From Phoronis australis (taxonomy: Eukaryota > Animalia > Phoronida), in contig NMRA01000489.1 of the NCBI GenBank assembly GCA_002633005.1, forward strand, positions 145,972-209,971: a DNA stretch of 64,000 nucleotides, read 5' to 3'. Shown piece after piece: positions 51,371 to 64,000 of the stretch (positions are counted from its first letter, which is position 1; each line of letters opens with the position of its first letter). The translations under genes and the position numbers were made by a program. The notes beneath the pieces were generated by a model. That model made no database searches. It saw nothing but the letters and a program-made list of their open reading frames with translations, and was not told the origin of the DNA.

Positions 51371-54300
51371 TCGCCCCTTCAGAGAGTCCAAAGGAAAGAT
51401 TTAGTGACATTTGAGGAGGTGTCCCGGTGACATATTCAACCAATATGAGGTTTAATTCCCACCACTCTGTGGAGTGTATGTTGGTATCGTGACACTATAG
51501 TCATGTCGACCGTCAGCCTGATTCTATTCAGCTTAGCGCTGGGATAAATTAATGAGCTCTTTGTGGATTCCACTGGGCGTTAATTGTCAGTGAACTTTCC
51601 ATCACACGGCAAACTTCTCTAATTTGTCCCCTGCTGCCGGAATAAATTTCTCTGAGGCTCGCTAAAAGAGGCAGTCTACGGCAACCGACCGCAAGCAGAG
51701 ACTCTCAAGGCAAGCATGAATAACGCGACCAATATATAGTGACTTCTAAACTGACCCATAGATTTATGGTTGTGTGGGTCAATATTGGCCCATAGGTATG
51801 CTTTTACAAAGAGACTTCTGCCGAGTCTTGGACTTTGACCGCAACGCAAGTCGTCGCGAGATGTCGCCATGCATTACTCGTATTTACGTAAGTCCATCGA
51901 ACACGTTCCTGGCACTTAGGAACCAGTACTGGTTCCTAGCTGGCACGTACCAGTCATTTTGGATCATTCAGTTACCGATTGGGAAATGTATATTCGCGCC
52001 ATGAATAGGAATAGAACAATTATTTTTACAACAAGCACTTAGCATATAGCTGTGTTCCTTGATTGTTTTTTGATTTCAAAACAGTTAATGTATTGGCGTG
52101 ATGTCTCAGAAGGGGTTTGAGAACTAGCAGGAAATTGCCTTCTGTTGTAGGGAAGAAGGCTAATCAATCTTCTTGTCAAATGTGAGACGATAACGCAAGA
52201 ACTAGGTTACAACAAATTGAACTCTCACTTTGAAGACGTATAAATATGGGACGACTTTATAGTTATTTTAAAATTTCTTTGTTAGAAATAAAGTAAGTTG
52301 TCACGATTGACAAATTGGAGTAGATCTAATATGGAAATTGTGATACCTACCAACACGACTATACTTGCTGATCCGTCAGACGTAACAAACAAACGTGCGC
52401 GAACCGGCGGGCTGAAGTTGGAGCTGCTTGGAGAGGCGCATTAATTGGGGTATTTCGTAAACTCTGGGGCTTCCAGATTTGTAAGTAAGTCAAAAAGGTG
52501 CCAATGTGATGAAATACGGAGACACCGATTTTTTTCTTGACAGCATGACCATACTTGTGACGGCAACCCGTTTGTCGTAAAATACGTGCAGCGTGCGGCG
52601 GCACACAGCTGTGGTCAAGACAGACCCGAACATACTTATCATGAGCTTTTATACTAAAGAGAAGTTTGTTGTGTATTTTCTTACATTCCACAGACTCGAA
52701 GATCTCCAAGAACGATGCATAAGACGTACTTATCTCATGGCGTTAAATATCAAACTGTGACCTTTTCCTTTCCACATAAGCCTATACTGCTAAACATGTA
52801 TTTGTATGCTAATCTATTGCAAGAACTAAACGACAATGCTATTTTACAAAGTGCATTGGATTCACTGACAACTTGTTAATGTGAAAACAAGAAATTCTGC
52901 AAATAGGTGACCTCTGCAATAATGACATACCTCCCGCATCATGCTGTGTAGTCCCCAGAACCTCGTCTCGATAGTTACTGGACACTGTTCAGTGTCTTTC
53001 GGAGGACCATTTTCGCCACAAAACGCGTTCTAAAAACATTAAACAATTTTCAACCTACTTCATATGCACATTGTCGCTATATGTTTTGTTTTTAACTGAA
53101 TTGGCCAAACAATCACAGAGATAATGAATTAGCCTACAAGTTCCACTGGAGAGATGTGCTTACTGAATATGGAGCCTATTTCATGGAATTGTTAGACAGA
53201 AATTTGGTCTGATGCGCTTCCGCTTAACAATTGCTGAATAAAGTTTGAAGCCAAGTAATTATGAGCACAGTGCAGAAACGTTTAGAAATTAGAAACTAGC
53301 GGTTATGTGTATTATTCCTACTTTCTGGCTCTTTTCCTGAAATGGGTCCTTTTAATTAGAATTTCCTTGCCATACACTGCATCACTCTCAATACTGAGTT
53401 GAAGCAAAAATAATTAAAGATAACCGGCGATTCAGAACGCGAGACGAACCGATTTACCTTATTGAAAGGGTCAAATTTTGGAACTTAAGACTAGGTATCC
53501 GTCTGAAGTGTCTTGCAATTCGTAAATTCTTCAAAAGTTCTTCCTGACAACGGAAATTAAGGCCATTTTTAATGATAAGTAGCCATATTTTGAATTTGGT
53601 TTTCGTGCAGCTGAACAGGAGGAAAATGCAATTTGCCAATCATAAATTGAGCCGCACTGCAGACACGTCAAATAACTAAAGACATTTATGATCGACATAT
53701 GTCCCGAATAAACATAAGTGATACGTGCGTCGAAAGCTCCTTACAAGACATGAAAAATAGACCGAGTTGGCCGATGTAAAGTGATTTAGTATAACGTAAT
53801 AAAATTAGAAGGATTATGAAGAAAATACAAAATAATTAAGTAAAAATAATGATCTTTCGTAAGATGGGCAACAAAAAGCGTCACATCGAAGTATGAGACA
53901 ATGTCGAAATGAGGATGATAGAGGGTGACTTAAAATGAATAAGTTTAAGGCACGTACGTCTATGTGGCTGACGCGAAGAAGTTGGACTGAAACACGTCTA
54001 AGTAACAAAGAAAATACCTACGTACACGTGACAATTCTCATCAATGGCGATATAATGCTATTTTTTATCAATTACTTAGAAAAAGGCCGAACTGCGTACG
54101 GGAAACGGTCGAAGGCGTTATTGAAAAGCAGATTCGCCTTATTCACTTCCGCTTGTTTTGATTTGATCTCCCAAAGCGACACAGGAAACTCATACTTGCA
54201 TCTCATACTGAGTGATTCGATCAAGATTAAAATCTTCCCTTGAAGTAAACAAAAATTCTGGATATGTGCCGACCAGGCCAGGGCCTTATTCTAAGTTTCC

Positions 54301-57300
54301 ACTTCATGTAAGTTTTGAATTACGGGATTTGACTTATCCTTTATCGATTTAATGAAAACGAAAATTTTTCATTGTACGTAAGCGTTTCAGGCATTGTTAC
54401 TAGAAGATTTGGGCGTGCAATTTCAACTTAAACGCGTAGCGGCTCCTGACAGCAATTGAAAGAATACCAAACCTAATTTTGGCCTTAAGTTAACAGAATG
54501 ATCTTGATAGCAACTTTCCCCTCCAGTTCTCTGAAACAAAATAATGCTCTTTAACACTCCACAACCATAAAAATGGAGCTAAATTGGTAAACACTTTACA
54601 AAGTCTCTTAAACGGGCAAGCGTGAGCTACGCTTTAGGCGAGTTTCACAACTATAGGGAAGACTAGCACCCACCAAGAACCGTAATGTCCAGCTTGTGAC
54701 AGAGGCGATATGACCTTATACTTGAAATCTACTTTAATCACTTAACATGTATGTGACGTCATGAGTGATGCATTAGGAGGTAGCAGAACGAGGCCTTGAC
54801 TGAAATCACCAAAACAGGGTTTGAAATATTTACATATGACCACAGGCGATGACGTTTAACATTATAAATTCGACAACACGTGGTAAAACAAAATGTACAA
54901 AACTGTGTAAAGAATCCACTGTGGTCGAGCACGGCAGGCTAAAAAATGGGATTGGGGCCGCAGACAATGCATTTTTTCCAACCTATGACAAAAAATGTAT
55001 TGTTCATGGCTGTAGCGATAATAAATTTGACTGAAATGGGAGTCTTTTGGGGCATTTTTGTCACCCATGAACATCGTTTACTGGATTTTTTAGAGAATGA
55101 ACCGTAAAACCCTGGTAATCTGGCCTATTGTAATGCAAATATTTTTAAAGGAAATCAATTAAAAATCTCTACGTGTTAAAAAAGAAATGTAATGTAGCCT
55201 GTAGACGCTTCGTTCATAAAATAGAAAACACTTCGTAGACATCTATAAAAGCGCAAGCGATTTCAGACCGAAAGGTAGCAATAGTATCCAACACGATAAT
55301 TGATGCGTTACACTAACTTGCAGGATAATCAACTGTGTTCGTTTTATTGCACAACGATCGTTTCGTCCATACAATTAGATGTGTCAAGATTCCTTTGTGG
55401 TTGCGGTAAGCCTTCATATTTTATCGATAGCAGCGGTTTTCAAAATGTCATGCAACTTTACAAATCCTATTGCAGAACTCAAGGTCACTTTCTAAACTGA
55501 ATTACTACAAAAATATAATTTAACTATTTAAATCAACAAAAGTGTGTTTTAAGGTTAACATATCTGCAAATGATGAGCACTATAGTTGAACCAGACAAAT
55601 AGGGTATGGTGTTTATGCATTAAGTTAGTTTTGACTATCCGCCCTTCGGCCCTCATCGGATTATTGCATGAGGGAATGATTTCATTTCGGACTCTCAGCT
55701 CTTCGGATCAAAGGCCCTTCGGACTATCGAACAGATACCCAACTAATTTTTGCTAATTTTTGTTTGCTAAGTGGCACACTACGGTCTCAAAGAAATGTTT
55801 TGAGCCTAGGAACATCGAAATAAGTTAATTTTATTCAACATTGCGTCGTCTACGTCATTCCCGTAACTCCAAAATATTACCCACACTTTGCTTGACAGGT
55901 GCCGAATGAACTGCTCTCGATACTAACTAGGTGTTGTATGCACGATTGTCGGACTTATAAAATAGCCTAAATAAAAAGTATATTTTGACTCCAACTAACA
56001 CGCGTCTCTGAAAGAAGTTGATAATTCTCAAATTGTACAGCCTTTGCTGCCAGTTTTTCTACTATACTTGTTCTGTAAAACTGTGTTTCGAACTTAACAT
56101 TTATTTTGTTGCCTTTGCATCGGCGCTAGTTATTCCAACGGTCTCTGCTATAGACCTAATTGATCACGCCGACAGGAGGCGCGTTCCAAAACGAGGCTCG
56201 CTACGATAGCTCTGTTGGCTTATCGGCACACTGGTTGTATTCCGCGCGTTGCTCGGCTAGAAAAAATACTGACACTCAACTGTCTGTTTTACAATACCTA
56301 AGGACGTTGAAATTCGGAAGCGTTGGGTAGTTGCCATACGCGCGACGAAGGAAAATATGTCCGTTCAAAATTTATAAATGTTTTCGAAAAGGCATAGATC
56401 ATATTTTGTCGCATCTCGGTTGCCAAGCATCGACCGGAGCATCTTCAGCCAGCCAGGCTGTGTTTTCATGACTAGGGCCCTCAATCCCTCGATTTTAGGG
56501 CTCTATTTCGCTCTCAAAAATATTGAAAATCCCCCTAAATTCCCCCCACGAGGCCTAAAAATTCGCCTAGTGATTGAAAAGTTCTCTCCGAAATTCAAAT
56601 CACTTGTAACAACACAGGTGAAAAAATTCGAAAGAGCACAAAATGCTACTTGAAACAATGAGAGATTGCAACAGGGCGGGGTTGCTATTGATGATGATCG
56701 GGAGGTAGATTTTCCCCTCACTCCGCTCGGCGAAAAAATTCCCCTCTCAGAAGGCACAGGCACCCTCCCTCGGATGAACGAGGTCCCTGAAGAAACATGA
56801 CAACTATGCTTGCTCGGTCTAGCTGACTGAAATTTAGCTCTAAAACGAAGTTATGCTTTGGACGAACAAATTAGGTGTTTTAATTTTAAAATTCAACTTG
56901 GTCCAGATTGGTATTTGAAACTTAACCATACCGACGTGAATAATACGCTTATAAGTAAGTCACGCATTTCTAAAGATATGCCAGCATTTTCACCGCTCGT
57001 CCTTCTGAGCGGATTTTACCAGGATCAAAGAGATCGCAGCGCCGGAGTCAGGAACAGTTGTGATGACCGCATTGCCCGATGCTAGCAAGACCCATATTAT
57101 GTATAATTACCTGACCAGAACTGTATTAAACATCTCTGACTGTACATAATGGCGAACTTTCAAAATGCATTAACCACTAATTTTCGTTAAAAATGAACAC
57201 CATGGCGATATTCAGCTGGAAAAAGAAACCAAGTACAGTTTTCAGTTTTTAAAAATCGATGAATTAATAATCTAAAAACTACAACCATTGGGTGCGATTT

Positions 57301-59068
57301 AAGATAGACTACCGCGCGTATTATACTCGGTGGATATACAAACGCTGATCAGAGTTAACAATATCACATGGATTCATTTTTTAAAATTCTTTCAATCTCG
57401 TTTCACCAGATTTTTGACCAGGAAACAGTTGTACTTAACTTGTGCCCACTTTTCATTTTTTATTACTGACAAAGAGTTAGAATAGTTATATAGTTAATGC
57501 CACCGAAATTGTTCAGAGATTCCAAATCTTCCGTTTGGTTATCACTATATTTGCACTTTTGTATATATTTATAATTTGAGTTCTAATACAGATTGAACTT
57601 TAATGACACGTGAAATGTTTAGTATACCTCTAATGTGGAAAGTTAAGGGATGGGCTCACAATGAACTTAACTAATTAAGTTTCGCTGGCCATCAAAATCT
57701 ACCACTGTTTTGGTACTTCAAGTTTAAAAGTTATATAAAAAGTTATCAACCCGTTTCCGATAAGAAAAAACCCAAAACAAGTGGGCAGCAGCATTAAAAA
57801 TTAAATAACGAAAACCAGTATGAAACATATAGTTCCTTTGGAAAGTGACCCTTTGTGAAGATAAACACTAGTTAACCTTTTTAGTCATTGTGTAATATTT
57901 ATAATGTACCAAGTTAAAACTACTCTCCAGAGTTGCAGACTGTAACTCTGCAAATGTCAAAGAAAACTATACTAACAACAACCATTGTTGAAACAGTAAT
58001 GCTAGCTATTTCCTTTCCACTTCATTAGCTCAGATCTACATCAATACAAAGGGCGTGCGGAATAGGCATCGTAAAAGTTGTCTAGGGCTAAGGGAATCTG
58101 AGCGGTGACCAGTGTAAGCGAGAAATTCTCCACATGACACATGACGTAAGAATTATTAAAACCAAGAAAGCATAATTAATGGTCAAATAATTACTTGCAA
58201 ATGTGTGTAAGAGAGTGAATGAGAACTTGGATATAATGCGAAAGCGATTTCTGGGGTTGTGCTCGTTTTTATTTTTTTTCAAACTTTAAAAACTGGTCCA
58301 ATAATTTTTATTTTCAATTACGAACCCGCTTTTTATTTTAATAAAAATATATGTTTAATAACACCAGTCATTCTTTCAGATCAAAAACAAATCAGCTGTT
58401 AGTCCCGGTAGTCCCTACCTCACTATATATCTTGATCCACAAATTAAACCAGATGTGACTCTACTGCACATTACAGCAAAATGCGATGCGCCACCTCTGT
58501 CGAATATATTTTCAACTCGTCAAAAATACAAGCAGATGACCTGGTTAGCGTAGAAAGCATTTTTATCAACAATTTACAAGAAGAAACGTAGCCCTGCTTT
58601 CAGCATAATGACCTAATCTGTAACACTACGATCGCCGCAGTTTGGTCATATTTACTTTTCATGTTTCGAACCTAGTTTTCCAACAAAAATTATACCTTTC
58701 GTCAGACAACTCTTGGTGCATTGACTTGTTCTCCAATGTATTTTTCTACGTCTCTGTGGTTAATTATCGACACATCTTTAAGATTTAATTTCCAGATTGG
58801 ACTCGAAAGACAGGCCATTTAACTCACCCCAACTTCCACATTGTTTATCGTAGTGAGCCTCGCTTTGGATTTTAATGTCCGCCGCGTGAATTAGGTCTAC
58901 GAGTATCTATGGTTACTGATTCTACTTAGGCAGTTCTCTGCCAATCATGTTGTTTTAAAAAATAACATATATAACACCATGTCTTAGTTGTTAAGCATGA
59001 TTTACATTTTTATTTCAAGGAATAGGAAAAGGAGTTGGATTAAAAAGATTGCACTGAAGTTCAGGGCG

Positions 59069-60283
59069 ATGGAGGAGAACTTTACTAGAAACGCTACACA
59101 CTTTCCAGAAATCAGTGATGGAGCAAAATACATATCGCTGTCAATTACCATCCTGTTGATGGTGACCGGTGGACTCGGTCACTCGGCAACTCTAGTCGTC
59201 TTCATCCGTAAAAGAGCTTTCAAAACGGTGTTTGAGTGCCTGATATTCACAATGAGCGCTGTACACGTCTACGACTGCACGCTCGTCATTCCGTTCTTCA
59301 TAGCTGCCATAGCAAAACGTGATTGGTATAGAAGGTCACCGGTTTGTTTATATGTGTTTTACGCAACGTTCCTGGCAAACAGTGTTGTTGCCCTTTTGCT
59401 GTTGGCAATATCCGTCACCAGACACCTTCATGTAGTACACCATCGTCTGCATTTGAAGAAAGAAACACTAGTCACAATTTCTCTTATCGCTGTGTTCGGT
59501 ATTCCCTCTATTGTGACGTCCATATCGTTCCTAGGTGGCTTTCCCGCTTATTCCGACACCAGGATGACGTGTAGATCAGATTATAGTCCTTGGCGTATAG
59601 CATTTTTCACCATAATAATTGGTCCGACTGTGATCCTCCCACCACTCCTTTACATGCACATACATTGGGTCATCCGTAAAAGTCACATGAGGGTTCAAGA
59701 CGCCACCACGTTGAACGTTGGTGACAATTCCTCTCGGACGCTCGCAACATCCTCAACTAACGTGCGTCCCCACAAAGCTAACAAGGTAGATCCTGGATTT
59801 CCATCGCACTCAAATTCACTTGTTTGCTCAACATCTGATCATCAGAGGCAAGGTTCACGTGTCTTGTCTCAACACAACGCAACCGGTATCACTTGGCAAC
59901 AAGATGTCGAAGATTCTGGGCAAGGAGAAGTTCGGAAAGGTGCGAATGAATCCCGCAAGGCAACAGGGGCCAAGACGTGCTCGTGTAACAGAACGTGTGT
60001 CACAGAAAGAGTCCCCCTCAGAGACGCTAGACTAACCAAAATGATCATAGTACTCTTTCTGGGATACTTAGTCTATTATCTTCTTCCAGGATTCATGCCG
60101 CTTATTTTAGAGTCCTGGGTTTATAACGTCACAGACTTGTACGTAGTTAGTCAAAGACTTTTCTCGGCCTCTGCAGCAATAAATTTTGTGATTTTTGTCG
60201 CAATGAATCGAACACTCCGAAGAGATTTGAGGAACATCTTTAAACCAAGGCAGATGTTTTTCAACGGACATCGAGTACCGTAG
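59069..60283 (+). CDS. Class A (rhodopsin-like) GPCR, orphan, loosely melatonin-receptor/GPR84-like; intronless CDS, ~404 aa
   Basis: Seven hydrophobic segments, N-terminal NFT/NAT sequons, Cys at the top of TM3 (SPVC) and in ECL2 (MTC), long Ser-rich ICL3, helix 8 MNRTLRRDL. First ATG after a TTTATTTCAAG acceptor at ~59019 is at 59069. Confidence 0.9.
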   Translation: MEENFTRNATHFPEISDGAKYISLSITILLMVTGGLGHSATLVVFIRKRAFKTVFECLIFTMSAVHVYDCTLVIPFFIAAIAKRDWYRRSPVCLYVFYATFLANSVVALLLLAISVTRHLHVVHHRLHLKKETLVTISLIAVFGIPSIVTSISFLGGFPAYSDTRMTCRSDYSPWRIAFFTIIIGPTVILPPLLYMHIHWVIRKSHMRVQDATTLNVGDNSSRTLATSSTNVRPHKANKVDPGFPSHSNSLVCSTSDHQRQGSRVLSQHNATGITWQQDVEDSGQGEVRKGANESRKATGAKTCSCNRTCVTERVPLRDARLTKMIIVLFLGYLVYYLLPGFMPLILESWVYNVTDLYVVSQRLFSASAAINFVIFVAMNRTLRRDLRNIFKPRQMFFNGHRVP

Positions 60284-60546
60284 TGAACGTACTCGTTGAC
60301 TGCACAGCACACAGCGCAGTTTATATAGTGGCAGCAGTTTGAAGTTGATAACTTTGATGATATTATCAGTATGATTGCTGATCAGCAATTGACATGGACA
60401 CCCGTAGACGGGGGCACAACGGGGACATATGTTTCCATTTTGAAACCCCTTTCCACGGTTGGCATTCATTACAATTTTGCGTTTCAGGCCCCCTACTCAT
60501 CACANCCCCCCCCCCCCCCTCCCCGTGACTTCGCACGTATACGTAA

Positions 60547-60685
60547 GCCTCCCGTTCAGTAACGCTAGGACCTCGCTAGAAGCAAGACTTCGCGAGATTA
60601 CGTGAGATATTAGCGTGTATTTCAAATGAGAGCACGTGAATTTGACTAGATTTTAGCTAGGTCCTAGCGTTACTGAACACACGCC
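60547..60685. mobile_element. Small MITE (copy of 42433-42585)
   Basis: Same TIRs and interior as 42433-42585. Confidence 0.8.
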
Positions 60686-62324
60686 AGGTTCCTTTCACGG
60701 CATATCCCGTTCGATCGGCGATTCGTACGGAGTAGCGGTCCGGGTATTGCCGTGGACCGTGTCATAACAAAACAACTCAGAACAAGATGTGCAAATGTGG
60801 CAACACTAACGTAATCTTTGGCCGTGAAATATCGGAATGTCGTAGAGACGATGGGGAACCGCGACTACGATCGATTTGGCAATTGTAGCCCAATTTCTGA
60901 GAAAGTCAAAATCCCAAAAAATGGTCGTGTGGTCCATGGTGTTTAGCTGAAGTTGAGTGGGAGTGACAGCAAACTTGACGTAGCAACAACTAGGGTATGG
61001 GAGGCAAGCTGGTGTGATAAGTACTATCATCGTGTACTGAGGCTGCGGCCAGGTTATCTTCTGACCGGACTATCCAGTGGATTTCTGCCGAATTCCTGAC
61101 GGAATTAGGGCCAAATCCCTGCTCAATTTTCTTTAGATCAATATGTTTATGGAAAATGCCCATGCTAACTTGATTTATTCCAAGTTTGAAACCTATCTTG
61201 AACGTCTTAGCTTTGTTTGGGTATCTAATGAGCCAGTGTGTACCTATCACTGCTAACAATGACACCAAAAATTAAAACAAAATACTAATTGCCTCTAAAA
61301 AGTACCGTGTTGGGTGCCAAACACAGCATACGTGACACATGTGCATGTTTAGTGTGACGCATATTGTTAGTCTGAAAAGAATTTTGTCCCAATTTATACC
61401 AGCAATTATATTTCAGCATGTTTAATATTATACGGATAACAAATCACCATGTGAACATTGGCTTAATTTAGATACGGAACGAAAATATATAGCCACTTTC
61501 CTCAACCTATCAAGGTACAAGTTAGAAGTTATTTAACAACACATTTATGAGTCATAATATCACGCTACTGAGATAAGTGTCTGAGTGTTTCTCCTGAAAC
61601 AATTTACTAGCAGACGTGTTTATGTAACGAAAAACTGCTCAAGTATTTATTGGCGTAGCTAAGTGTGTGTGCATATAGATATATGTATCGATATATTATT
61701 ACTGTTCTGTGTAGTTTCTATATAATAATTAATTTGCGTAATGTTTACCTGCTTTCCAGGTATGGCCTTAATTCGATTTCTAAACAGTACTGTAAGTGTT
61801 ATTTGTGGAATTAATCACACTCGTGAAATAAAATCAAAAATGAAAAAAATTGTAGCCTTGTAAAAGAATCACGTCGAATAAGTTGTGTTACGGACAGCTT
61901 AACTGTCTCGCTCTTGGCAGACTGTAACAGTTTTTGATGTTTTCTTTTCACCCCCCCCCCCCCACATCGAAACGACCTCATTTTGACACACGGTGAAATT
62001 GACAGATTATGATACACTACTGTGATGTTTCACGTGACATAGTCGTATTTTCCCTTTCGACTAAAAAGGAAAAAAACGTCGTAACGTTCATGGGTTGGAC
62101 AAAATCTGCTGCAAACCTTTCGCCCTTGCGTCTTTGCTTTAGACCCAGGTGTTACGATGTCTAGCTTTTCAATACAGTTGTCCCGTTCTTTCATTCTCCA
62201 ATGCTGACAACTTGGCTATGGAGCAGGTGTTCCAAATAACATGGGCTGCGCAGCACTGAAAAAAGTGGTGAACTATAGACCCCCCTCAGCCCCCTATGGT
62301 GCGCCGCCCATGAATAATATTGTA

Positions 62325-64000
62325 TTCCTCTACACTGATTGACCATGTGTCCAAGCCTGAATATATTAGAACAAGAGGAGTGGTCAAAAATGGCCAAAGT
62401 GTTCACTACCAATTTTCTGTGGTCCGCAAACATTCGCTTGGGACAAAATTTTGACATGAAAATCGTATCACCTACAGGTCAATGAAAAACTTTGACAGTC
62501 AGGTTTTCAAGCGCGAATTATCTGCTGTACCATGGTCCATTATAGAGGCATACAATTAATGATGTCGATGATGCACTTGACGACTCACGGTATAAGTTAT
62601 TCGATTGTGTGCTTGACGATCATTCTCCACTTGAGACAAAACGTGTTTTAACACGTTTTAAAAAAGACTTCACCAGCCAGAGTGGTTTAGTGAAGACATC
62701 GCACTGGCGATTAAATTTAGAGACAACCTACCTAGAACTGCCGTTGGTTACAGGCTACAACGAAATCGTGTTATTTCTATGATTACACAGGCCGAGATTG
62801 ATTATTACTCTACTTTGATAAATAGTAATCTCTGTAACCCTAAACTCTAAAGTGTTATGGAAACTTATTAGGGAAGTGCATCCAACGGAGAATTCAATTT
62901 CCTCAGTCATACTGAATATGTGGACACACATATGATCAGTCACAAACTGTAAATACTTTAATCTGTTTTTACCGACATTTGCTAGTAAAGTAAGTAATTG
63001 TAACATGATCGACACAGACTCCTCCTATCTCCATTTGAGAGACTTTGTCAGTTCTAGGCTGGATATGGAAATAAATTTTGAAATTCCAATGGTGACGGTG
63101 GAGTTTGTCGATACAGTCTTAAACAGTTTTAAAGCTACTGGTTCAGATGGTGCTAAGGCCAAATTGGTTACGTTGACTTATGAGGAGCTGGCTCCATCAC
63201 TCACTTGTTTGTTAATTCTCAATATCAGTATTTATAAGTTTCCTGCCATGTGGAAATCGGTCAAAGTCACTCCTTTACATAAGGCTGGCGTTGATGTTAA
63301 CAACTACCGGCCAATTTCATGTCTACCTATTCTGCCGAAGCTTCTGGAGAAGCATGTTCCGATGATAGTCTTTATAGATTTTTAAAAATAATTGCAGGCG
63401 GTCTGGTACACGTTGCACCAGACGTGCACAGGCCTCTCGTGTGGGCCCATTGCACGTTATTGCCTGGAACCATGTTTTATCCTTTATAGATAAAACCAAG
63501 CTCAGGAGCTAGAGCTAGAAACATGACTCAATGGTCTAGCAGTGTGGACCGATGGGACTCGAACCCACGACCTCGAGTAAAGAAAGCGGGCACCTATCCA
63601 CCTAAAGACACACTGCTTCTTCGTCTTTATAGGTTTTTATCTGAGCACCAGCTTATTGCTCCTGACCCGTCGGGTTTACGAGTAAACACTCTTGTGAGTC
63701 TGTCTACTTTACACAATGTTGCCAACGCCTGGGCTGAGGCCACAGATACGGTGGTCACTTTGTTAGGGTCATATATTTGGAATTCAAGAAGGCGTTTGAT
63801 TTAGTTGATCATAAAATCCCTGTGGAAAAACTAACGCTCTATAGAAACAATCCTGATTCTTTATACTGGTTCAAGTCATATTTAAAAAATTTTCAGATAG
63901 GTGGCAGGCTGTGTCCCTGTCGCCTGGCCTATCCAACATGGCGGTGTCCCCTAGGGACCCGTCCTGTGGCTTATAATATTTCTACTTTTCATCAATGACC
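62325..64000 (+). mobile_element. Degraded CR1/L2-type LINE ORF2 (endonuclease end, linker, RT)
   Basis: STLIDHV, YRSMKNFD, KATGSDG, FPAMWKSVKVTPLHK, NNYRPISCLPILPKLLEK, FKKAFDLVDH and WFKSYL motifs across frameshifts. Confidence 0.93.
63385..63622 (-). mobile_element. Full-length tRNA-derived SINE inserted into the LINE
   Basis: Minus-strand head with A-box-like TGTCTTTAGGTGG and B box GGTTCGAGTCC; tail CAGACCGCCTGCAATTATTTTT; TSD GTCTTTATAG(A/G)TTTTTA at 63368-63384 and 63623-63639. Confidence 0.88.

Noticed and set aside
51400-58900. Many 60-116 aa ORFs
   Set aside because: No recognisable domains or consistent exon chain; treated as intergenic or GPCR upstream sequence with small repeat remnants.
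58988-59068. N-terminal extension of the GPCR in the ORF track
   Set aside because: Starts at TTG and crosses an acceptor-like TTTATTTCAAG; ATG 59069 followed by glycosylation sequons is the more plausible start.
63540-63622. Possible tRNA gene
   Set aside because: It is the head of a TSD-flanked SINE, not a stand-alone tRNA.

Overview
Eukaryotic, intron-containing, repeat-rich animal DNA from a draft assembly (one ~310-nt gap, several single Ns). It is probably a marine invertebrate, but the species cannot be fixed from sequence alone. Reading splice sites by hand gave four host loci, of which the ORF track shows only the GPCR intact: (1) a 3-exon insulin/relaxin-family peptide precursor (9791-14691, +; B chain CGx10C, A chain CCx3Cx8C); (2) a complete 8-exon kappa-class glutathione S-transferase (27426-35158, +, 226 aa, C-terminal SKI); (3) a head-to-head inverted paralogue of it (18950-24004, -) that lacks exons 3-4, where a repeat-derived alternative splice acceptor could restore the frame; (4) a rhodopsin-class GPCR with an intronless CDS and unusually degenerate microswitch motifs (59069-60283, +). 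The rest is transposon debris (hAT elements with 5-bp TSDs, MITEs, RTE, CR1/L2, L1/Tx1 and DIRS fragments, a tRNA-derived SINE), minisatellites, and a duplicated ~147-bp satellite array in which every monomer carries a co-oriented CTCF-consensus-like motif. All calls come from manual reading; no searches were run.
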